Sequence record: NC_054905.1
From: Enterobacteria phage Kha5h
Length of the DNA stretch: 64,000 nt
Reading direction: 5' to 3' (one strand)
Both the position numbers and the translations under genes were made by a program. The notes beneath the pieces were generated by a model. It searched no databases. It had not been told where the DNA came from and saw only the letters and a program-made list of their open reading frames with translations. Positions 48,766-64,000 of the stretch are shown piece after piece. Every line of letters starts with the position of its first letter. The first letter of the stretch is position 1.

Positions 48766-50345
48766 GTAATAATACATATCAACACGTTTCTAATGAATCT
48801 CGTTATGTAAAATTTGATCCTACCGATACGAATTTTCCACCAGAGATTACTGATGTTCAGGCTGCTATAGCAGCCATTTCTCCTGCTGGCGTAAATGGAG
48901 TTCCTGATGCATCGTCAACAACAAAGGGAATTTTATTTCTTGCCACTGAACAGGAAGTTATAGATGGAACTAATAATACCAAAGCAGTTACACCAGCAAC
49001 GTTGGCAACAAGATTATCTTATCCAAACGCAACTGAAACTGTTTACGGATTAACAAGATATTCAACCAATGATGAAGCCATTGCCGGAGTTAATAATGAA
49101 TCTTCTATAACTCCAGCTAAATTTACTGTTGCTCTTAATAATGCGTTTGAAACTCGTGTTTCAACTGAATCCTCGAATGGTGTTATTAAAATTTCATCTC
49201 TACCGCAAGCATTAGCTGGTGCAGATGATACTACTGCAATGACTCCATTAAAAACACAGCAGTTAGCTATTAAATTAATTGCGCAAATTGCTCCTTCTGA
49301 AACCACAGCTACAGAGTCTGACCAGGGTGTTGTTCAATTAGCAACAGTAGCACAGGTTCGTCAGGGAACTTTAAGAGAAGGCTATGCAATTTCTCCTTAT
49401 ACGTTTATGAATTCATCTGCTACTGAAGAATATAAAGGCGTAATTAAATTAGGAACACAATCAGAAGTTAACTCGAATAATGCTTCTGTTGCGGTTACTG
49501 GCGCAACTCTTAATGGTCGCGGTTCTACAACGTCAATGAGAGGAGTTGTTAGATTAACAACAACGGCCGGTTCACAAAGCGGAGGCGATGCTTCATCAGC
49601 ACTAGCTTGGAATGCTGACGTTATCCACCAAAGAGGCGGTCAAACTATTAATGGAACACTCCGCATTAATAACACGCTCACGATAGCTTCAGGTGGAGCA
49701 AATATTACCGGAACAGTTAACATGACCGGTGGTTATATTCAAGGTAAGCGTGTCGTAACACAAAATGAAATTGATAGAACTATTCCTGTCGGAGCTATTA
49801 TGATGTGGGCCGCTGATAGTCTTCCTAGTGATGCTTGGCGTTTTTGCCACGGTGGAACTGTTTCAGCATCAGATTGTCCATTATATGCTTCTAGAATTGG
49901 AACAAGATACGGCGGAAGTTCATCAAATCCTGGATTACCTGATATGCGTGGTCTTTTTGTTCGCGGCTCTGGTCGTGGCTCTCACTTAACAAATCCAAAT
50001 GTTAATGGTAATGACCAGTTTGGTAAGCCTAGATTAGGTGTAGGTTGTACTGGTGGATATGTTGGTGAAGTACAGAAACAACAGATGTCTTATCATAAAC
50101 ATGCTGGCGGATTTGGTGAGCATGATGATTCTGGAGCATTCGGTAATACCCGTAGATCAAATTTTGTTGGTACACGTAAAGGACTTGACTGGGATAACCG
50201 TTCATACTTCACCAATGACGGATATGAAATTGACCCGGCATCACAACGAAATTCCAAATATACATTAAATCGTCCTGAATTAATTGGAAATGAAACACGT
50301 CCATGGAACATTTCTTTAAACTACATAATTAAGGTAAAAGAATGA
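48762..50345 (+). CDS. 12: short tail fibre gp12
   Basis: 527 aa; repetitive fibre sequence; synteny. Confidence 0.9.
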   Translation: MSNNTYQHVSNESRYVKFDPTDTNFPPEITDVQAAIAAISPAGVNGVPDASSTTKGILFLATEQEVIDGTNNTKAVTPATLATRLSYPNATETVYGLTRYSTNDEAIAGVNNESSITPAKFTVALNNAFETRVSTESSNGVIKISSLPQALAGADDTTAMTPLKTQQLAIKLIAQIAPSETTATESDQGVVQLATVAQVRQGTLREGYAISPYTFMNSSATEEYKGVIKLGTQSEVNSNNASVAVTGATLNGRGSTTSMRGVVRLTTTAGSQSGGDASSALAWNADVIHQRGGQTINGTLRINNTLTIASGGANITGTVNMTGGYIQGKRVVTQNEIDRTIPVGAIMMWAADSLPSDAWRFCHGGTVSASDCPLYASRIGTRYGGSSSNPGLPDMRGLFVRGSGRGSHLTNPNVNGNDQFGKPRLGVGCTGGYVGEVQKQQMSYHKHAGGFGEHDDSGAFGNTRRSNFVGTRKGLDWDNRSYFTNDGYEIDPASQRNSKYTLNRPELIGNETRPWNISLNYIIKVKE

Positions 50346-51805
50346 CAGATATTGTACTGAATGACTTACCATTCGTTGACGGCCCTCCTGCAGAGGGCCA
50401 GAGCCGCATTTCCTGGATTAAAAACGGCGAAGAAATATTAGGAGCTGACACACAGTATGGAAGCGAAGGTTCAATGAATAGACCTACAGTTTCTGTACTA
50501 AGAAATGTTGAAGTTCTTGATAAAAACATTGGAATACTTAAAACATCTTTAGAAACCGCAAATAGTGATATTAAAACCATCCAGGGCATCTTAGATGTAT
50601 CTGGTGATATTGAAGCTTTAGCGCAAATAAGTATCAATAAAAAGGATATTTCTGACCTCAAAACGCTAACCAGTGAACATACAGAAATATTAAATGGAAC
50701 TAATAGTACTGTTGACAACATTCTTGCTGATATTGGTCCATTTAACTCCGAGGCCAACTCTGTATACAGAACAATCAGAAATGATTTACTGTGGATAAAG
50801 CGTGAACTTGGACAATACACTGGTCAAGATATTAATGGTCTTCCTGTTGTAGGAAATCCTAGTAGTGGAATGAAGCATCGCATTATTAATAATACTGATG
50901 TCATTACTTCACAGGGAATACGTTTAAGTGAATTAGAAACAAAATTTATTGAATCTGATGTAGGTTCTTTGACCATTGAAGTTGGTAATCTTCGCGAAGA
51001 GCTTGGACCGAAACCGCCGTCTTTTTCACAAACTGTTTATAGTCGTTTAAATGAAATTGACACTAAACAGACAACAGTTGAGTCTGACATTAGTGCTATT
51101 AAGACCTCAATAGGATATCCAGGAAATAATTCGATTATTACGAGTGTTAATACAAACACTGATAATATTGCATCTATTAATTTAGAGCTAAATCAAAGTG
51201 GAGGTATTAAACAGCGTTTAACCGTTATTGAAACTTCTATTGGTTCAGATGATATTCCTTCGAGTATTAAAGGCCAAATCAAAGATAATACAACTTCAAT
51301 CGAATCTTTAAATGGAATCGTCGGTGAAAACACTTCATCTGGTTTAAGAGCGAATGTTTCGTGGTTAAACCAAATTGTTGGAACTGATTCTAGCGGTGGA
51401 CAACCTTCTCCTCCTGGGTCTCTTTTAAACCGAGTTTCTACAATTGAAACTTCTGTTTCAGGCTTGAATAACGATGTTCAAAACCTACAAGTAGAGATTG
51501 GTAATAACAGCACAGGAATTAAAGGACAAGTTGTAGCGTTAAATACTTTAGTAAATGGAACTAATCCAAACGGTTCAACTGTTGAAGAACGCGGATTAAC
51601 CAATTCAATAAAAGCTAACGAAACTAACATTGCATCAGTTACACAAGAAGTGAATACAGCTAAAGGCAATATATCTTCTTTACAAGACGATGTTCAAGCT
51701 CTCCAAGAAGCCGGTTATATTCCTGAAGCTCCAAAAGATGGCCAAGCTTACATTCGTAAAGACGGCGAATGGGTATTACTTTCTACCTTTTTATCACCAG
51801 CATAA
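50342..51805 (+). CDS. wac: fibritin (whisker)
   Basis: 487 aa; heptad-repeat coiled coil; C-terminal [27 protein letters not shown] foldon. Confidence 0.95.
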   Translation: MTDIVLNDLPFVDGPPAEGQSRISWIKNGEEILGADTQYGSEGSMNRPTVSVLRNVEVLDKNIGILKTSLETANSDIKTIQGILDVSGDIEALAQISINKKDISDLKTLTSEHTEILNGTNSTVDNILADIGPFNSEANSVYRTIRNDLLWIKRELGQYTGQDINGLPVVGNPSSGMKHRIINNTDVITSQGIRLSELETKFIESDVGSLTIEVGNLREELGPKPPSFSQTVYSRLNEIDTKQTTVESDISAIKTSIGYPGNNSIITSVNTNTDNIASINLELNQSGGIKQRLTVIETSIGSDDIPSSIKGQIKDNTTSIESLNGIVGENTSSGLRANVSWLNQIVGTDSSGGQPSPPGSLLNRVSTIETSVSGLNNDVQNLQVEIGNNSTGIKGQVVALNTLVNGTNPNGSTVEERGLTNSIKANETNIASVTQEVNTAKGNISSLQDDVQALQEAGYIPEAPKDGQAYIRKDGEWVLLSTFLSPA

Positions 51806-51808
51806 CAT

Positions 51809-51824
51809 GGGGCCGCAAGGCCCC
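51809..51824 (+). terminator. GC hairpin after wac (weak terminator or processing site)
   Basis: GGGGCCGCAAGGCCCC without a clean U-tract. Confidence 0.35.
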
Positions 51825-51836
51825 AAAGGATTTTAA

Positions 51837-53538
<1,702 letters not shown>

Positions 53539-53579
53539 TAAATATTATAAACTAATTAAAGCCCAGATTAGGAGAAATC

Positions 53580-56720
<3,141 letters not shown>

Positions 56721-56748
56721 TATTAAAGCATATTAAAGAGGATTAAAA

Positions 56749-58728
56749 ATGACTTTATTATCTCCGGGCATTGAGCTCAAAGAAACTACGGTTCAAAGCA
56801 CCGTGGTTAATAACTCTACTGGTACAGCAGCTTTGGCCGGTAAATTCCAGTGGGGTCCTGCTTTTCAGATTAAACAGGTTACAAATGAAGTAGATTTAGT
56901 TAATACTTTTGGTCAACCAACCGCTGAAACTGCTGACTATTTTATGTCTGCGATGAATTTCTTGCAGTACGGAAATGACTTACGAGTAGTTCGTGCTGTT
57001 GATAGAGATACCGCTAAAAACTCATCTCCGATTGCTGGTAATATTGAATACACAATTTCTACCCCAGGTAGTAACTATGCAGTTGGAGATAAAATCACGG
57101 TCAAATATGTTTCAGATGATATTGAAACTGAAGGTAAAATTACTGAAGTAGACGCAGATGGAAAAATCAAGAAAATTAATATTCCTACTGCAAAAATTAT
57201 CGCTAAAGCGAAAGAAGTCGGTGAATATCCAACACTAGGTTCTAACTGGACTGCGGAAATTTCTTCATCTTCCTCTGGTTTAGCTGCAGTAATAACTCTC
57301 GGAAAAATTATTACTGATTCTGGTATTTTATTAGCTGAAATTGAAAATGCTGAAGCTGCTATGACAGCGGTTGACTTTCAAGCAAATCTCGAAAAATATG
57401 GAATTCCAGGAGTAGTAGCTCTTTATCCAGGCGAATTAGGCGATAAAATTGAAATTGAAATCGTATCTAAAGCTGACTATGCAAAAGGAGCTTCTGCATT
57501 ACTCCCAATTTATCCAGGTGGTGGTACTCGTGCATCTACTGCCAAGGCAGTGTTTGGATATGGACCGCAGACTGACTCACAGTACGCAATTATAGTTCGT
57601 CGAAATGATGCTATTGTTCAAAGCATTGTTCTTTCAACTAAGCGCGGTGAAAAAGATATTTACGATAGTAACATCTATATCGATGACTTTTTCGCAAAAG
57701 GTGGTTCAGAATATATTTTTGCAACTGCACAAAACTGGCCAGAAGGCTTCTCTGGAATTTTAACTCTGTCTGGTGGATTATCATCAAATGCTGAAGTAAC
57801 AGCAGGAGATTTGATGGAAGCTTGGGACTTCTTTGCTGACCGCGAATCTGTTGACGTTCAACTGTTTATTGCGGGTTCTTGTGCCGGTGAATCTTTAGAA
57901 ACAGCATCTACTGTCCAAAAACACGTCGTTTCAATTGGGGATGCTCGTCAAGATTGCTTAGTATTGTGCTCACCACCACGTGAAACTGTAGTTGGAATTC
58001 CTGTAACTCGTGCTGTTGATAACTTAGTCAATTGGAGAACTGCAGCAGGTTCATACACTGATAATAACTTTAATATCAGTTCAACCTATGCAGCAATCGA
58101 TGGCAACTACAAATATCAGTATGACAAATATAATGATGTGAATCGTTGGGTTCCATTAGCAGCTGATATTGCTGGTTTATGCGCGAGAACCGATAACGTT
58201 TCTCAGACTTGGATGTCTCCAGCTGGTTATAATCGTGGCCAGATTCTTAACGTTATTAAACTTGCTATTGAAACTCGCCAGGCTCAGCGCGACCGTTTAT
58301 ACCAAGAAGCTATCAACCCGGTAACTGGTACAGGTGGTGATGGTTACGTATTGTATGGTGATAAAACAGCTACTTCTGTTCCTTCTCCGTTTGATCGTAT
58401 TAACGTTCGTCGTCTGTTTAATATGTTGAAAACGAATATCGGACGTAGTTCAAAATATCGTTTGTTCGAATTAAACAACGCGTTTACTCGTTCATCATTC
58501 CGCACAGAAACTGCCCAGTACTTACAGGGAATTAAAGCTCTCGGTGGAATTTATGAATATCGTGTAGTTTGCGATACAACAAATAACACTCCGTCAGTAA
58601 TTGATAGAAATGAGTTTGTTGCAACATTCTACATCCAACCGGCTAGAAGCATTAACTACATTACCTTAAACTTCGTAGCAACTGCTACCGGTGCAGATTT
58701 CGATGAGTTAACTGGTCTTGCAGGTTAA
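56749..58728 (+). CDS. 18: tail sheath protein gp18
   Basis: 659 aa; TATAAATA upstream; synteny. Confidence 0.95.
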   Translation: MTLLSPGIELKETTVQSTVVNNSTGTAALAGKFQWGPAFQIKQVTNEVDLVNTFGQPTAETADYFMSAMNFLQYGNDLRVVRAVDRDTAKNSSPIAGNIEYTISTPGSNYAVGDKITVKYVSDDIETEGKITEVDADGKIKKINIPTAKIIAKAKEVGEYPTLGSNWTAEISSSSSGLAAVITLGKIITDSGILLAEIENAEAAMTAVDFQANLEKYGIPGVVALYPGELGDKIEIEIVSKADYAKGASALLPIYPGGGTRASTAKAVFGYGPQTDSQYAIIVRRNDAIVQSIVLSTKRGEKDIYDSNIYIDDFFAKGGSEYIFATAQNWPEGFSGILTLSGGLSSNAEVTAGDLMEAWDFFADRESVDVQLFIAGSCAGESLETASTVQKHVVSIGDARQDCLVLCSPPRETVVGIPVTRAVDNLVNWRTAAGSYTDNNFNISSTYAAIDGNYKYQYDKYNDVNRWVPLAADIAGLCARTDNVSQTWMSPAGYNRGQILNVIKLAIETRQAQRDRLYQEAINPVTGTGGDGYVLYGDKTATSVPSPFDRINVRRLFNMLKTNIGRSSKYRLFELNNAFTRSSFRTETAQYLQGIKALGGIYEYRVVCDTTNNTPSVIDRNEFVATFYIQPARSINYITLNFVATATGADFDELTGLAG

Positions 58729-58822
58729 TACGGTGCATTCTAAAGGCCTGTTTCGGCAGGCCATATAAATACACTATATCCTTAATTCTTTAATTCTATA
58801 TGCCCTAGGTTAAACATAGGGA

Positions 58823-58830
58823 TATAAATA
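58823..58830 (+). promoter_or_regulatory. late promoter for gene 19
   Basis: TATAAATA about 15 nt upstream of the 19 start. Confidence 0.65.
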
Positions 58831-58844
58831 CTACAGAGGCTAAT

Positions 58845-59336
58845 ATGTTTGTAGATGATGTAACACGAGCGTTTGAATCTGGTGATTTTGCTCGACCTAA
58901 CTTATTCCAAGTAGAAATTTCTTATCTTGGACAAAATTTTACGTTCCAATGTAAAGCCACTGCTTTACCAGCTGGTATTGTAGAAAAAATTCCAGTCGGA
59001 TTTATGAACCGTAAAATTAACGTGGCAGGCGATCGTACATTCGATGACTGGACTGTTACAGTAATGAACGATGAAGCTCATGATGCTCGCCAGAAGTTTG
59101 TTGATTGGCAAAGCATTGCCGCAGGACAAGGAAACGAAATTACTGGTGGAAAACCTGCAGAGTATAAAAAGAGCGCTATCGTTCGTCAATATGCTCGTGA
59201 CGCTAAAACAGTAACAAAAGAAATTGAAATTAAAGGTCTGTGGCCTACTAACGTGGGTGAACTTCAATTAGATTGGGATTCAAACAATGAAATCCAAACC
59301 TTTGAAGTAACTCTTGCTCTCGATTATTGGGAATAA
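58845..59336 (+). CDS. 19: tail tube protein gp19
   Basis: 163 aa; TATAAATA upstream; synteny. Confidence 0.95.
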   Translation: MFVDDVTRAFESGDFARPNLFQVEISYLGQNFTFQCKATALPAGIVEKIPVGFMNRKINVAGDRTFDDWTVTVMNDEAHDARQKFVDWQSIAAGQGNEITGGKPAEYKKSAIVRQYARDAKTVTKEIEIKGLWPTNVGELQLDWDSNNEIQTFEVTLALDYWE

Positions 59337-59368
59337 AATGAATGGGGAGAAATCCCCATCCTGCTTAA

Positions 59369-60993
<1,625 letters not shown>

Positions 60994-60994
<1 letters not shown>

Positions 60995-61251
60995 TGGAAG
61001 GTTTAATTGAAGCTATTAAATCAAACGACCTCGTAGCCGCTCGTAAATTCTTTGCTGAAGCCATGGCTGCAAGAACGATTGATTTAATTAAAGAAGAAAA
61101 AATCGCTATCGCTCGCAATTTCTTAATCGAAGGTGAAGAACCTGATGAAGATGACGAAGACGAAGACGAGGATGATGAAGATAGCGATGATAAAGACGAC
61201 AAAAAAGACAAAGACTCTGATGAAGATGACGAAGACGAGGATGATGAATAA
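60994..61251 (+). CDS. 67: prohead core protein gp67 with acidic C-terminal tail
   Basis: 85 aa; Asp/Glu tail encoded by a near-duplicated 30-nt repeat. Confidence 0.85.
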
Positions 61252-61676
61252 TGCTTCTGATCCCTGAAACTCATGAATTAGTTCTCGAGAATGTCGAAGC
61301 ACTTATTCCTGAAGCACAGGGTCGCTTTGACGAATTGTCTTCTGCTTTAAATAAAGACGATATAAATACAATTATCGAGAATATGCTTGATGATGAAACT
61401 GATTTAGCAATTGCATTAGCTTCTATTAATGAAGATATGCCGCTAAATGAATTCATCGTTAAACATGTTTCAGCTCGTGGTGAAATTACGCGTACTAAAG
61501 ACCGCAAGACGCGTGAACGTAATGCATTTCAAACCACCGGGCTGTCTAAAGCAAAACGTAGACAAATTGCTCGCAAAGCTACCAAAACGAAGATTGCCAA
61601 TCCAGCAGGTCAATCTCGTGCTCAGCGTAAGCGTAAAAAAGCTCTTAAACGCCGTAAAGCATTAGGATTAAGCTAA
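61251..61676 (+). CDS. 68: prohead core protein gp68
   Basis: 141 aa; basic C-terminus; synteny. Confidence 0.85.
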   Translation: MLLIPETHELVLENVEALIPEAQGRFDELSSALNKDDINTIIENMLDDETDLAIALASINEDMPLNEFIVKHVSARGEITRTKDRKTRERNAFQTTGLSKAKRRQIARKATKTKIANPAGQSRAQRKRKKALKRRKALGLS

Positions 61677-62314
61677 TGAATGAACCCCAATTACTAATTG
61701 AAACTTGGGGTCAACCTGGCGAAATTATTGATGGTGTGCCAATGCTTGAATCCCACGATGGAAAAGACTTAGGTTTAAAACCTGGTTTATACATCGAAGG
61801 AATATTCATGCAAGCGGAAGTCGTCAATAGAAATAAACGTCTTTATCCAAAACGCATATTAGAAAAAGCGGTAAAAGACTATATCAATGAGCAAGTTTTA
61901 ACTAAACAAGCTCTCGGAGAATTAAATCATCCTCCACGCGCTAATGTTGACCCGATGCAAGCCGCTATCATTATAGAAGATATGTGGTGGAAAGGAAATG
62001 ACGTATACGGACGAGCTCGTGTTATTGAAGGTGACCATGGTCCTGGAGATAAATTAGCAGCTAATATTCGTGCCGGATGGATTCCAGGAGTTTCTTCTCG
62101 TGGATTAGGTTCATTGACTGACACAAATAAAGGTTATCGTATCGTAAACGAAGGATTCAAATTAACTGTAGGTGTTGATGCAGTATGGGGTCCAAGTGCT
62201 CCAGATGCATGGGTAACTCCTAAGGAAATTACCGAATCACAGACGGCGGAAGCCGATACAAGTGCCGATGACGCCTATATGGCTCTCGCAGAGGCCATGA
62301 AAAAAGCGTTATAA
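61676..62314 (+). CDS. 21: prohead core protease gp21
   Basis: 212 aa; synteny 67-68-21-22-23. Confidence 0.9.
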   Translation: MNEPQLLIETWGQPGEIIDGVPMLESHDGKDLGLKPGLYIEGIFMQAEVVNRNKRLYPKRILEKAVKDYINEQVLTKQALGELNHPPRANVDPMQAAIIIEDMWWKGNDVYGRARVIEGDHGPGDKLAANIRAGWIPGVSSRGLGSLTDTNKGYRIVNEGFKLTVGVDAVWGPSAPDAWVTPKEITESQTAEADTSADDAYMALAEAMKKAL

Positions 62315-62317
62315 ATA
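62310..62317 (+). promoter_or_regulatory. late promoter for gene 22
   Basis: TATAAATA overlapping the gp21 stop. Confidence 0.6.
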
Positions 62318-62344
62318 TTATTATCTAAACAACAGGACTACAAA

Positions 62345-63154
62345 ATGCTTAAAGAACAACTGATTGCCGAAGCGCAGAAAATTGATGCTTCCGTTGCTCT
62401 TGATAGTATTTTCGAATCAGTTAATATTTCTCCGGAAGCAAAAGAAACTTTCGGCACTGTATTCGAAGCTACCGTCAAGCAGCACGCCGTTAAATTAGCT
62501 GAATCTCATATCGCTAAAATTGCTGAAAAAGCAGAAGAAGAAGTAGAAAAAAATAAAGAAGAAGCCGAAGAAAAAGCTGAGAAGAAAATCGCTGAGCAAG
62601 CTTCTAAATTCATTGACCATCTTGCGAAAGAATGGCTCGCTGAAAATAAATTAGCAGTTGATAAAGGCATCAAAGCCGAACTGTTTGAATCCATGCTTGG
62701 TGGATTAAAAGAGCTCTTTGTTGAACACAACGTTGTTGTTCCAGAAGAATCAGTTGATGTTGTAGCTGAAATGGAAGAAGAGCTGCAAGAACATAAAGAA
62801 GAATCAGCTCGTCTGTTCGAAGAACTCAATAAGCGTGACGCATATATCAATTATGTGCAGCGTGAAGTGGCATTGAGCGAAAGTACTAAAGATCTGACTG
62901 AGTCTCAAAAAGAAAAAGTCTCTGCTCTGGTCGAAGGTATGGATTATTCAGATGAATTCTCAAGTAAATTGAGTGCCATCGTAGAAATGGTGAAGAAGTC
63001 TAATAAAGATGAAAGCACTATTACTGAGGGTATAAATACTCCTGATACTGAAGCAGCCGGACTGAATTTCGTCACTGAAGCTGTAGAAGATAAAGCTGCA
63101 CCTGGTGCAGAAGATATTGTAAGTGTATATGCGAAAGTCGCATCTCGTTTCTAA
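62345..63154 (+). CDS. 22: prohead scaffolding core protein gp22
   Basis: 269 aa; Glu/Lys-rich helical; TATAAATA upstream. Confidence 0.9.
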   Translation: MLKEQLIAEAQKIDASVALDSIFESVNISPEAKETFGTVFEATVKQHAVKLAESHIAKIAEKAEEEVEKNKEEAEEKAEKKIAEQASKFIDHLAKEWLAENKLAVDKGIKAELFESMLGGLKELFVEHNVVVPEESVDVVAEMEEELQEHKEESARLFEELNKRDAYINYVQREVALSESTKDLTESQKEKVSALVEGMDYSDEFSSKLSAIVEMVKKSNKDESTITEGINTPDTEAAGLNFVTEAVEDKAAPGAEDIVSVYAKVASRF

Positions 63155-63172
63155 TTTTAAAGGTTAACACAA

Positions 63173-64000
63173 ATGACTATCAAAACTAAAGCTGAACTTT
63201 TGAACAAATGGAAACCATTACTGGAAGGTGAAGGTTTACCGGAAATTGCTAATAGCAAACAAGCGATTATCGCTAAAATCTTTGAAAACCAGGAAAAAGA
63301 TTTCCAGACAGCTCCGGAATATAAAGACGAAAAAATTGCTCAGGCATTCGGTTCTTTCTTAACAGAAGCTGAAATCGGTGGTGACCACGGTTACAATGCT
63401 ACCAACATCGCTGCAGGTCAGACTTCTGGCGCAGTAACTCAGATTGGCCCGGCTGTTATGGGTATGGTACGTCGTGCTATTCCTAACCTGATTGCTTTCG
63501 ATATTTGCGGTGTTCAACCGATGAGCAGCCCAACCGGTCAGGTATTCGCACTCCGCGCGGTATATGGTAAAGATCCGATCGCTGCCGGTGCTAAAGAAGC
63601 ATTCCACCCAATGTATGGTCCAGATGCAATGTTCTCTGGTCAGGGTGCTGCTAAGAAATTCCCAGCTCTGGCTGCTAGCACAGAAACTGTTGTAGGTGAC
63701 ATCTATACTCACTTCTTCCAGGAAACTGGTACTGTGTATCTGCAAGCTTCCGCTGTAGTAACAATCGATGCTAGTGCTAACGATGCAACTAAACTGGATG
63801 CTGAAATTAAGAAACAAATGGAAGCTGGTGTACTGGTAGAAATCGCTGAAGGTATGGCTACTTCTATCGCTGAACTCCAGGAAGGTTTCAATGGTTCTAC
63901 CGATAACCCGTGGAATGAAATGGGCTTCCGTATCGATAAACAAGTTATCGAAGCTAAATCTCGTCAGCTGAAAGCTGCTTACTCTATCGAATTAGCACAA
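63173..64000 (+). CDS. 23: major capsid protein gp23, 5' part (continues past the right edge)
   Basis: ATG 63173; MTIKTKAELLNKWKPLLEGEG... matches T4 gp23 N-terminus; the ORF track lists only antisense ORFs here. Confidence 0.9.
   Translation, partial: MTIKTKAELLNKWKPLLEGEGLPEIANSKQAIIAKIFENQEKDFQTAPEYKDEKIAQAFGSFLTEAEIGGDHGYNATNIAAGQTSGAVTQIGPAVMGMVRRAIPNLIAFDICGVQPMSSPTGQVFALRAVYGKDPIAAGAKEAFHPMYGPDAMFSGQGAAKKFPALAASTETVVGDIYTHFFQETGTVYLQASAVVTIDASANDATKLDAEIKKQMEAGVLVEIAEGMATSIAELQEGFNGSTDNPWNEMGFRIDKQVIEAKSRQLKAAYSIELAQ

Noticed and set aside
50329-50820. 163-aa minus-strand ORF
   Set aside because: Antisense within wac; no start context; the sense frame is clearly fibritin
62506-62850. 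114-aa Ser-rich minus-strand ORF
   Set aside because: Antisense to the Glu/Lys-rich gp22 gene; a low-complexity mirror artefact
63359-63943. 194-aa minus-strand ORF (and nested 63709..63891)
   Set aside because: Antisense to the N-terminal coding region of gp23, which matches T4 gp23

Overview
This window is a T4-like (T-even, Tevenvirinae) phage genome segment. Positions 1-36113 are a dense minus-strand array of early and middle genes; 36161-64000 is the plus-strand late morphogenesis block. Recognisable genes, in order: nrdH, nrdG, an intron-less nrdD, 49 (endonuclease VII), nrdC, a long hyperplastic block of unknown genes, tk, regB, a GrcA-like glycyl-radical protein, denV, e (lysozyme), nudE, ten tightly packed tRNA genes, 57B (Acb1-like), 57A, 1, 3, 2, 4, then 53, 5, 5.4, 6-12, wac, 13-20, 67, 68, 21, 22 and the 5' part of 23. 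Regulation is T4-like: repeated early promoters (GTTTAC-N18-TGG-TAYTAT) on the minus strand, TATAAATA late promoters, and GC hairpin plus T-run terminators. No CRISPR array, integrase, transposase, group I intron or homing endonuclease gene was seen. The best candidates for undescribed biology are in the nrdC-tk and e-tRNA hyperplastic regions: a nucleotidyltransferase-fold protein at the end of an early operon, four proteins with capsid-targeting-like N-termini, a macro-domain protein, and several tandem paralogue families. All assignments rest on reading the translations and motifs and on recalled T4 biology; no database search was run. Coordinates of CDS follow the ORF track (starts refined in multiples of 3); coordinates of RNAs, promoters and terminators were indexed by hand and may be off by 1-2 nt.
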